A DNA stretch of 64,000 nucleotides from the human T2T-CHM13v2.0 reference genome, Homo sapiens, in NCBI RefSeq assembly GCF_009914755.1, contig NC_060928.1; one strand, given 5' to 3'. The notes under the pieces were generated by a model. The model worked only from the letters and a program-made list of their open reading frames with translations, was not told the origin of the DNA and did no database searches. The translations under genes were made by a program, and so were the position numbers. This document shows, one piece after another, positions 40,101 to 52,149 of the stretch (its first letter is position 1; every line of letters begins with the position of its first letter).

Positions 40101-41786
40101 GTCTCAGAAACTTGTTTGTGATGTGTGTATTCAACTAACAGAGTTGAACATTTCTGTTACAGAGCAATTTTAAAACACTCTTTTTGTGGAATCTGAAAGT
40201 GGATAATTGGATAGCTTTGTGGATTTCGTTGGAAACGGGATGACATATAAAATCTAGAGAGAAGCATTCTCAGGAACTTCTTTCTGATGTTTGCATTCAA
40301 GTCACAGAATTGAACATTCCTTTTCATAGTGCAGGTTTGAAACACTCTTTCTGTAGTATCTGGAAGTGGACATTTCAAGCGCTTTCAGGCCTACGGGGAG
40401 AAAGGAAATATCTTCAAATAAAAACTAGACAGAAGGATTCTCAGAAACTTATTTGTGATGTGTGTCCTAAACGAACACAGTTGAACCTTTGTTTTGATAC
40501 AGCATTTTGGAAACACTCCTTTTGTAGGATCTGCAGGTGGATATTTGGATAGATTTTAAGATTTCGTTGGAAACGGGAGTTTCTTCATAGAAACTCAAGA
40601 CAGATGCATTCTCAGAAACATCTCTGTGATGTTTGCATTCCACTCATAGAGTTGAAAACTTCCTTTCATAGAGCAGGTTTGAAACACTCTTTTTGTAATA
40701 TTTTTAAGTGGACATTTGCAGCACTTTGAGGCCTATGGTGAAAAAGGAAATATCTTCTCATAAAAACCAGAAACAAGCATTCTCAGAAACTTCTTTTTGA
40801 TGTGTGTACTCAAGTAACAGAGTTGAACCTTCCTTTTGACACAGCAGTTTTGAAACAATCTTTTTGTAGAATCTGCAAGTGGATATTTGGATAGCTTTGA
40901 GGATTTCGTTGGAAACGGGATATCTTCATATAAAATCTAGACAGAAGCATTCTCAGAAACTTCTTTGTGCTGTATGCCCTCAATTAACAGAGTTGAACCA
41001 TTGGATACAGCATTTTGGAAACATTCCTTGAGTAGAATCTGCAAGTTGATATTTAGATAGATTTGAAGATTTCATTGGAAAAGGGAATATCTCCATATAA
41101 AATCTAGAGGGAAGCATTCTCAGAAACTGCTTTGTGATGTTTCCATTCAAGTCACAGAGTTGAATATTCCCTTTTATAGAGCACGTTTGAAACACTCTTT
41201 CTGCACTATCTGGAAGTGGACATTTCGAGCGCTTTGAGGCCTATGGTGAAAAAGGAAATATCTTCCCATAAAAACTAGACAGAAGCATTCTCAGAAACTT
41301 GTTTGTGATGTGTGTATTCAACTAACAGAGTTGAACTTTTGTTTTTACAGAGCCGTTTTAAAACACTCTTTTTGTGGAATCAGAAAGTGGATATTCGGAT
41401 GGCTCTGAGGATTTCGTTGGAAGCGGGATTACATATAAAATCTAGAGAGAAGCATTCTCAGGAACTTCTTTGTGATGTTTGCATTGAAGTCACAGAATTG
41501 AACATTCACTTTGATAGAGCAGGTTTGAAACACTCATTCTGTAGTATCTGGAAGTGGACATTTCAAGCGCTTTCAGGCCTATGGTGAGAAAGGAAATATC
41601 TTCGAATAAAAACTAGACAGAAGCATCCTCAGAAACTTATTTGTGATGTGTGTCCTCAACTAACAGAGTTGAAACTTTGTTTTGATACAGCATTTTGGAA
41701 ACACTCTTTTTGTAGAATCTGCAGGTGGATATTTGGATAGCTTAGAGGGATTAGTTGGAAAGGGGATATCTTCATATAAAATCTAG
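19179..41786 (+). repeat. Seven 19-mer HORs strictly alternating N/3228 and R/3232 (6460-bp super-repeat)
   Basis: Marker spacings 3228, 3232, 3228, 3232, 3228, 3232, 3228, with co-alternating m11/m12 haplotype. Confidence 0.9.
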
Positions 41787-44700
41787 ACAGAAGCATTCTC
41801 AGAAACTTATTTGTGATGTGTGTCCTCAACTAACAGAGTTGAACCTTGGTTTTGATACAGCATTTTGGAAACACTCCTTTTGTAGAATCTGCAGGTGGAA
41901 ATGTGGATAGCTCTGAAGATTTCGTTGGAAACGGGAATTTCTTCATATAAAATCAAACAGAAGCATTCTCAGAAACTTCTCAGTGATGTTTGCATTCAGC
42001 TCATGGAGTTGAACACTTCCTTTCATAGAGCCGGTTTGAAACACTCTTTCTGCACTACCTGGAAGAGGACATTTCGAGCGCTTTGAGTCCTATGGTGAAA
42101 AAGGAAATATCTTCTCATAAAAACCAGAAAGAAGCATTCTCAGAAACTACTTTGTGTTGTGTGTACTCATGTAACAGTGTTGAACCATCCTTTTGACAGA
42201 GCAGTTTTGAAACACTCTTTTTGTAGAATCTCCAAGTGGATATTTGGATAGCTTTGAGGATTTCGTTGGAAACGGGATGACATATAATATCTAGAGAGAA
42301 GCATACTCAGGAACTTCTTTGTGATGTTTGCATTCAAGTCACAGAATTGAACATTCCCTTTCATAGAGCAGGTTTGAAACACTCTTTCTCTAGTATCTGG
42401 AAGTGGGCATTTCAAGCGCTTTCAGGCCTATGGAGAGAAAGGAAATACCTTCAAATAAAAACTAGACAGAAGCATTCTCAGAAACTTATTTGTGATGTGT
42501 GTCCTCAACTAACAGAGTTGAACCTTTGTTTTGATACAGCATTTTGGAAACACTCCTTTTGTAGAATCTGCAGGTGGATATTTGGATAACTTTGAAGATT
42601 TCGTTGGAAACCGGAATATCTTCATATAAAATCAAGACAGAAGCATTCTCGGAAACATCTCTGTGATGTTTGCATTCAACTCAGTAGAGTTGAACACTTC
42701 CTTTCATAGAGCAGGTTTGAAACACTCTTTCTGCACTACCTGGAAGCGGACATTTCGAGCGCTTTGAGGCCTATGGTGAAAAAGGAAATATCTTCTCATA
42801 AAAACCAGAAAGAAGCATTCTCAGAAACTTCTTTGTGTTGTGTGTACTCAAGTAACAGTGTTGAACCTTCCTTTTGACACAGCAGTTTTGAAACACTCTT
42901 TTGGTAGAATCTGCAAGTGGATATTTGGATAGCTTTGAGGATTTCGTTGGAAACGGGTTATCTTCATATAAAATCCAGACAGGAGCATTCTCAGAAACTT
43001 CTTTGTGCTGCATGTCCTCAATTCACAGAGCTGAACCTTTGTTTGGATACAGCATTTTAGAAACATTCCTTTAGTAGAATCTGCAAGTTGATATTTAGAT
43101 AGCTTTGAAGATTTCGTTGGAAACGGGAATATCTTCATAGAAAATCTAGACGGAAGCATTCTCAGAAACTGCTTTGTGATGTTTGCATTCAAGTCACAGA
43201 GTTGAATATTCCCTTTTATAGAGTAGGTTTGAAACACTCTTTCGGCACTACCTGGAAGTGGATATTTCGAGCTCTTTGAGGCCTATGGTTAAAAGGAAAT
43301 ATCTTCCCATAAAAACTAGACAGAAGCCGTCTCAGAAACTTGTTTGTGATGTGTGTATTCAACTAACAGAGTTGAACATTTCTGTTACAGAGCAATTTTA
43401 AAACACTCTCTTTGTGGAATCTGAAAGTGGATAATTGGATAGCTTTGTGGATTTCGTTGGAAACGGGATGACATATAAAATCTAGAGAGAAGCATTCTCA
43501 GGAACTTCTTTCTGATGTTTGCATTCAAGTCACAGAATTGAACATTCCTTTTCATAGTGCAGGTTTGAAACACTCTTTCTGTAGTATCTGGAAGTGGACA
43601 TTTCAAGCGCTTTCAGGCCTACGGGGAGAAAGGAAATATCTTCAAATAAAAACTAGACAGAAGGATTCTCAGAAACTTATTTGTGATGTGTGTCCTAAAC
43701 GAACACAGTTGAACCTTTGTTTTGATACAGCATTTTGGAAACACTCCTTTTGTAGGATCTGCAGGTGGATATTTGGATAGATTTTAAGATTTCGTTGGAA
43801 ACGGGAGTTTCTTCATAGAAACTCAAGACAGATGCATTCTCAGAAACATCTCTGTGATGTTTGCATTCCACTCATAGAGTTGAAAACTTCCTTTCATAGA
43901 GCAGGTTTGAAACACTCTTTTTGTAATATTTTTAAGTGGACATTTGCAGCACTTTGAGGCCTATGGTGAAAAAGGAAATATCTTCTCATAAAAACCAGAA
44001 ACAAGCATTCTCAGAAACTTCTTTTTGATGTGTGTACTCAAGTAACAGAGTTGAACCTTCCTTTTGACACAGCAGTTTTGAAACAATCTTTTTGTAGAAT
44101 CTGCAAGTGGATATTTGGATAGCTTTGAGGATTTCGTTGGAAACGGGATATCTTCATATAAAATCTAGACAGAAGCATTCTCAGAAACTTCTTTGTGCTG
44201 TATGCCCTCAATTAACAGAGTTGAACCATTGGATACAGCATTTTGGAAACATTCCTTGAGTAGAATCTGCAAGTTGATATTTAGATAGATTTGAAGATTT
44301 CATTGGAAAAGGGAATATCTCCATATAAAATCTAGAGGGAAGCATTCTCAGAAACTGCTTTGTGATGTTTCCATTCAAGTCACAGAGTTGAATATTCCCT
44401 TTTATAGAGCACGTTTGAAACACTCTTTCTGCACTATCTGGAAGTGGACATTTCGAGCGCTTTGAGGCCTATGGTGAAAAAGGAAATATCTTCCCATAAA
44501 AACTAGACAGAAGCATTCTCAGAAACTTGTTTGTGATGTGTGTATTCAACTAACAGAGTTGAACTTTTGTTTTTACAGAGCCGTTTTAAAACACTCTTTT
44601 TGTGGAATCAGAAAGTGGATATTCGGATGGCTCTGAGGATTTCGTTGGAAGCGGGATTACATATAAAATCTAGAGAGAAGCATTCTCAGGAACTTCTTTG

Positions 44701-47700
44701 TGATGTTTGCATTGAAGTCACAGAATTGAACATTCACTATGATAGAGCATGTTTGAAACACTCATTCTGTAGTATCTGGAAGTGGACATTTCAAGCGCTT
44801 TCAGGCCTATGGTGAGAAAGGAAATATCTTCGAATAAAAACTAGACAGAAGCATCCTCAGAAACTTATTTGTGATGTGTGTCCTCAACTAACAGAGTTGA
44901 AACTTTGTTTTGATACAGCATTTTGGAAACACTCTTTTTGTAAAATCTGCAGGTGGATATTTGGATAGCTTAGAGGGATTCGTTGGAAAGGGGATATCTT
45001 CATATAAAATCTAGACAGAAGCATTCTCAGAAACTTATTTGTGATGTGTGTCCTCAACTAACAGAGTTGAACCTTGGTTTTGATACAGCATTTTGGAAAC
45101 ACTCCTTTTGTAGAATCTGCAGGTGGATATGTGGATAGCTCTGAAGATTTCGTTGGAAACGGGAATTTCTTCATATAAAATCAAACAGAAGCATTCTCAG
45201 AAACTTCTCAGTGATGTTTGCATTCAGCTCATGGAGTTGAACACTTCCTTTCATAGAGCCGGTTTGAAACACTCTTTCTGCACTACCTGGAAGAGGACAT
45301 TTCGAGCGCTTTGAGTCCTATGGTGAAAAAGGAAATATCTTCTCATAAAAACCAGAAAGAAGCATTCTCAGAAACTACTTTGTGTTGTGTGTACTCATGT
45401 AACAGTGTTGAACCATCCTTTTGACAGAGCAGTTTTGAAACACTCTTTTTGTAGAATCTGCAAGTGGATATTTGGATAGCTTTGAGGATTTCGTTGGAAA
45501 CGGGATGACATATAATCTCTAGAGAGAAGCATACTCAGGAACTTCTTTGTGATGTTTGCATTCAAGTCACAGAATTGAACATTCCCTTTCATAGAGCAGG
45601 TTTGAAACACTCTTTCTCTAGTATCTGGAAGTGGGCATTTCAAGCGCTTTCAGGCCTATGGAGAGAAAGGAAATACCTTCAAATAAAAACTAGACAGAAG
45701 CATTCTCAGAAACTTATTTGTGATGTGTGTCCTCAACTAACAGAGTTGAACCTTTGTTTTGATACAGCATTTTGGAAACACTCCTTTTGTAGAATCTGCA
45801 GGTGGATATTTGGATAACTTTGAAGATTTCGTTGGAAACCGGAATATCTTCATATAAAATCAAGACAGAAGCATTCTCGGAAACATCTCTGTGATGTTTG
45901 CATTCAACTCAGTAGAGTTGAACACTTCCTTTCATAGAGCAGGTTTGAAACACTCTTTCTGCACTACCTGGAAGCGGACATTTCGAGCGCTTTGAGGCCT
46001 ATGGTGAAAAAGGAAATATCTTCTCATAAAAACCAGAAAGAAGCATTCTCAGAAACTTCTTTGTGTTGTGTGTACTCAAGTAACAGTGTTGAACCTTCCT
46101 TTTGACACAGCAGTTTTGAAACACTCTTTTGGTAGAATCTGCAAGTGGATATTTGGATAGCTTTGAGGATTTCGTTGGAAACGGGTTATCTTCATATAAA
46201 ATCCAGACAGGAGCATTCTCAGAAACTTCTTTGTGCTGCATGTCCTCAATTCACAGAGCTGAACCTTTGTTTGGATACAGCATTTTGGAAACATTCCTTT
46301 AGTAGAATCTGCAAGTTGATATTTAGATAGCTTTGAAGATTTCGTTGGAAACGGGAATATCTTCATAGAAAATCTAGACGGAAGCATTCTCAGAAACTGC
46401 TTTGTGATGTTTGCATTCAAGTCACAGAGTTGAATATTCCCTTTTATAGAGTAGGTTTGAAACACTCTTTCGGCACTACCTGGAAGTGGATATTTCGAGC
46501 TCTTTGAGGCCTATGGTTAAAAGGAAATATCTTCCCATAAAAACTAGACAGAAGCCGTCTCAGAAACTTGTTTGTGATGTGTGTATTCAACTAACAGAGT
46601 TGAACATTTCTGTTACAGAGCAATTTTAAAACACTCTTTTTGTGGAATCTGAAAGTGGATAATTGGATAGCTTTGTGGATTTCGTTGGAAACGGGATGAC
46701 ATATAAAATCTAGAGAGAAGCATTCTCAGGAACTTCTTTCTGATGTTTGCATTCAAGTCACAGAATTGAACATTCCTTTTCATAGTGCAGGTTTGAAACA
46801 CTCTTTCTGTAGTATCTGGAAGTGGACATTTCAAGCGCTTTCAGGCCTACGGGGAGAAAGGAAATATCTTCAAATAAAAACTAGACAGAAGGATTCTCAG
46901 AAACTTATTTGTGATGTGTGTCCTAAACGAACACAGTTGAACCTTTGTTTTGATACAGCATTTTGGAAACACTCCTTTTGTAGGATCTGCAGGTGGATAT
47001 TTGGATAGATTTTAAGATTTCGTTGGAAACGGGAGTTTCTTCATAGAAACTCAAGACAGATGCATTCTCAGAAACATCTCTGTGATGTTTGCATTCCACT
47101 CATAGAGTTGAAAACTTCCTTTCATAGAGCAGGTTTGAAACACTCTTTTTGTAATATTTTTAAGTGGACATTTGCAGCACTTTGAGGCCTATGGTGAAAA
47201 AGGAAATATCTTCTCATAAAAACCAGAAACAAGCATTCTCAGAAACTTCTTTTTGATGTGTGTACTCAAGTAACAGAGTTGAACCTTCCTTTTGACACAG
47301 CAGTTTTGAAACAATCTTTTTGTAGAATCTGCAAGTGGATATTTGGATAGCTTTGAGGATTTCGTTGGAAACGGGATATCTTCATATAAAATCTAGACAG
47401 AAGCATTCTCAGAAACTTCTTTGTGCTGTATGCCCTCAATTAACAGAGTTGAACCATTGGATACAGCATTTTGGAAACATTCCTTGAGTAGAATCTGCAA
47501 GTTGATATTTAGATAGATTTGAAGATTTCATTGGAAAAGGGAATATCTCCATATAAAATCTAGAGGGAAGCATTCTCAGAAACTGCTTTGTGATGTTTCC
47601 ATTCAAGTCACAGAGTTGAATATTCCCTTTTATAGAGCACGTTTGAAACACTCTTTCTGCACTATCTGGAAGTGGACATTTCGAGCGCTTTGAGGCCTAT

Positions 47701-50700
47701 GGTGAAAAAGGAAATATCTTCCCATAAAAACTAGACAGAAGCATTCTCAGAAACTTGTTTGTGATGTGTGTATTCAACTAACAGAGTTGAACTTTTGTTT
47801 TTACAGAGCCGTTTTAAAACACTCTTTTTGTGGAATCAGAAAGTGGATATTCGGATGGCTCTGAGGATTTCGTTGGAAGCGGGATTACATATAAAATCTA
47901 GAGAGAAGCATTCTCAGGAACTTCTTTGTGATGTTTGCATTGAAGTCACAGAATTGAACATTCACTTTGATAGAGCAGGTTTGAAACACTCATTCTGTAG
48001 TATCTGGAAGTGGACATTTCAAGCGCTTTCAGGCCTATGGTGAGAAAGGAAATATCTTCGAATAAAAACTAGACAGAAGCATCCTCAGAAACTTATTTGT
48101 GATGTGTGTCCTCAACTAACAGAGTTGAAACTTTGTTTTGATACAGCATTTTGGAAACACTCTTTTTGTAGAATCTGCAGGTGGATATTTGGATAGCTTA
48201 GAGGGATTAGTTGGAAAGGGGATATCTTCATATAAAATCTAGACAGAAGCATTCTCAGAAACTTATTTGTGATGTGTGTCCTCAACTAACAGAGTTGAAC
48301 CTTGGTTTTGATACAGCATTTTGGAAACACTCCTTTTGTAGAATCTGCAGGTGGATATGTGGATAGCTCTGAAGATTTCGTTGGAAACGGGAATTTCTTC
48401 ATATAAAATCAAACAGAAGCATTCTCAGAAACTTCTCAGTGATGTTTGCATTCAGCTCATGGAGTTGAACACTTCCTTTCATAGAGCCGGTTTGAAACAC
48501 TCTTTCTGCACTACCTGGAAGAGGACATTTCGAGCGCTTTGAGTCCTATGGTGAAAAAGGAAATATCTTCTCATAAAAACCAGAAAGAAGCATTCTCAGA
48601 AACTACTTTGTGTTGTGTGTACTCATGTAACAGTGTTGAACCATCCTTTTGACAGAGCAGTTTTGAAACACTCTTTTTGTAGAATCTCCAAGTGGATATT
48701 TGGATAGCTTTGAGGATTTCGTTGGAAACGGGATGACATATAATATCTAGAGAGAAGCATACTCAGGAACTTCTTTGTGATGTTTGCATTCAAGTCACAG
48801 AATTGAACATTCCCTTTCATAGAGCAGGTTTGAAACACTCTTTCTCTAGTATCTGGAAGTGGGCATTTCAAGCGCTTTCAGGCCTATGGAGAGAAAGGAA
48901 ATACCTTCAAATAAAAACTAGACAGAAGCATTCTCAGAAACTTATTTGTGATGTGTGTCCTCAACTAACAGAGTTGAACCTTTGTTTTGATACAGCATTT
49001 TGGAAACACTCCTTTTGTAGAATCTGCAGGTGGATATTTGGATAACTTTGAAGATTTCGTTGGAAACCGGAATATCTTCATATAAAATCAAGACAGAAGC
49101 ATTCTCGGAAACATCTCTGTGATGTTTGCATTCAACTCAGTAGAGTTGAACACTTCCTTTCATAGAGCAGGTTTGAAACACTCTTTCTGCACTACCTGGA
49201 AGCGGACATTTCGAGCGCTTTGAGGCCTATGGTGAAAAAGGAAATATCTTCTCATAAAAACCAGAAAGAAGCATTCTCAGAAACTTCTTTGTGTTGTGTG
49301 TACTCAAGTAACAGTGTTGAACCTTCCTTTTGACACAGCAGTTTTGAAACACTCTTTTGGTAGAATCTGCAAGTGGATATTTGGATAGCTTTGAGGATTT
49401 CGTTGGAAACGGGTTATCTTCATATAAAATCCAGACAGGAGCATTCTCAGAAACTTCTTTGTGCTGCATGTCCTCAATTCACAGAGCTGAACCTTTGTTT
49501 GGATACAGCATTTTAGAAACATTCCTTTAGTAGAATCTGCAAGTTGATATTTAGATAGCTTTGAAGATTTCGTTGGAAACGGGAATATCTTCATAGAAAA
49601 TCTAGACGGAAGCATTCTCAGAAACTGCTTTGTGATGTTTGCATTCAAGTCACAGAGTTGAATATTCCCTTTTATAGAGTAGGTTTGAAACACTCTTTCG
49701 GCACTACCTGGAAGTGGATATTTCGAGCTCTTTGAGGCCTATGGTTAAAAGGAAATATCTTCCCATAAAAACTAGACAGAAGCCGTCTCAGAAACTTGTT
49801 TGTGATGTGTGTATTCAACTAACAGAGTTGAACATTTCTGTTACAGAGCAATTTTAAAACACTCTTTTTGTGGAATCTGAAAGTGGATAATTGGATAGCT
49901 TTGTGGATTTCGTTGGAAACGGGATGACATATAAAATCTAGAGAGAAGCATTCTCAGGAACTTCTTTCTGATGTTTGCATTCAAGTCACAGAATTGAACA
50001 TTCCTTTTCATAGTGCAGGTTTGAAACACTCTTTCTGTAGTATCTGGAAGTGGACATTTCAAGCGCTTTCAGGCCTACGGGGAGAAAGGAAATATCTTCA
50101 AATAAAAACTAGACAGAAGGATTCTCAGAAACTTATTTGTGATGTGTGTCCTAAACGAACACAGTTGAACCTTTGTTTTGATACAGCATTTTGGAAACAC
50201 TCCTTTTGTAGGATCTGCAGGTGGATATTTGGATAGATTTTAAGATTTCGTTGGAAACGGGAGTTTCTTCATAGAAACTCAAGACAGATGCATTCTCAGA
50301 AACATCTCTGTGATGTTTGCATTCCACTCATAGAGTTGAAAACTTCCTTTCATAGAGCAGGTTTGAAACACTCTTTTTGTAATATTTTTAAGTGGACATT
50401 TGCAGCACTTTGAGGCCTATGGTGAAAAAGGAAATATCTTCTCATAAAAACCAGAAACAAGCATTCTCAGAAACTTCTTTTTGATGTGTGTACTCAAGTA
50501 ACAGAGTTGAACCTTCCTTTTGACACAGCAGTTTTGAAACAATCTTTTTGTAGAATCTGCAAGTGGATATTTGGATAGCTTTGAGGATTTCGTTGGAAAC
50601 GGGATATCTTCATATAAAATCTAGACAGAAGCATTCTCAGAAACTTCTTTGTGCTGTATGCCCTCAATTAACAGAGTTGAACCATTGGATACAGCATTTT

Positions 50701-51470
50701 GGAAACATTCCTTGAGTAGAATCTGCAAGTTGATATTTAGATAGATTTGAAGATTTCATTGGAAAAGGGAATATCTCCATATAAAATCTAGAGGGAAGCA
50801 TTCTCAGAAACTGCTTTGTGATGTTTCCATTCAAGTCACAGAGTTTAATATTCCCTTTTATAGAGCACGTTTGAAACACTCTTTCTGCACTATCTGGAAG
50901 TGGACATTTCGAGCGCTTTGAGGCCTATGGTGAAAAAGGAAATATCTTCCCATAAAAACTAGACAGAAGCATTCTCAGAAACTTGTTTGTGATGTGTGTA
51001 TTCAACTAACAGAGTTGAACTTTTGTTTTTACAGAGCCGTTTTAAAACACTCTTTTTGTGGAATCAGAAAGTGGATATTCGGATGGCTCTGAGGATTTCG
51101 TTGGAAGCGGGATTACATATAAAATCTAGAGAGAAGCATTCTCAGGAACTTCTTTGTGATGTTTGCATTGAAGTCACAGAATTGAACATTCACTTTGATA
51201 GAGCAGGTTTGAAACACTCATTCTGTAGTATCTGGAACTGGACATTTCAAGCGCTTTCAGGCCTATGGTGAGAAAGGAAATATCTTCGAATAAAAACTAG
51301 ACAGAAGCATCCTCAGAAACTTATTTGTGATGTGTGTCCTCAACTAACAGAGTTGAAACTTTGTTTTGATACAGCATTTTGGAAACACTCTTTTTGTAGA
51401 ATCTGCAGGTGGATATTTGGATAGCTTAGAGGGATTCGTTGGAAAGGGGATATCTTCATATAAAATCTAG
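41787..51470 (+). repeat. Three 19-mer HORs, all N/3228
   Basis: Spacings 41895->45123->48351->51579, each 3228. Confidence 0.9.
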
Positions 51471-52149
51471 ACAGAAGCATTCTCAGAAACTTATTTGTGA
51501 TGTGTGTCCTCAACTAACAGAGTGGAACCTTGGTTTTGATACAGCATTTTGGAAACACTCCTTTTGTAGAATCTGCAGGTGGATATGTGGATAGCTCTGA
51601 AGATTTCGTTGGAAACGGGAATTTCTTCATATAAAATCAAACAGAAGCATTCTCAGAAACTTCTCAGTGATGTTTGCATTCAGCTCATGGAGTTGAACAC
51701 TTCCTTTCATAGAACCGGTTTGAAACACTCTTTCTGCACTACCTGGAAGAGGACATTTCGAGCGCTTTGAGTCCTATGGTGAAAAAGGAAATATCTTCTC
51801 ATAAAAACCAGAAAGAAGCATTCTCAGAAACTTCTTGGTGTTGTGTGTACTCATGTAACAGTGTTGAACCATCCTTTTGACAGAGCAGTTTTGAAACACT
51901 CTTTTTGTAGAATCTGCAAGTGGATATTTGGATAGCTTTGAGGATTTCGTTGGAAACGGGATGACATATAATATCTAGAGAGAAGCATTCTCAGGAACTT
52001 CTTTGTGATGTTTGCATTCAAGTCACAGAATTGAACATTCCCTTTCATAGAGCAGGTTTGAAACACTCTTTCTCTAGTATCTGGAAGTGGGCATTTCAAG
52101 CGCTTTCAGTCCTATGGAGAGAAAGGAAATACCTTCAAATAAAAACTAG
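51471..52149 (+). repeat. Extra 4-mer (m1-m4, 679 bp)
   Basis: Marker spacing 51579->52258 = 679. Confidence 0.9.
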
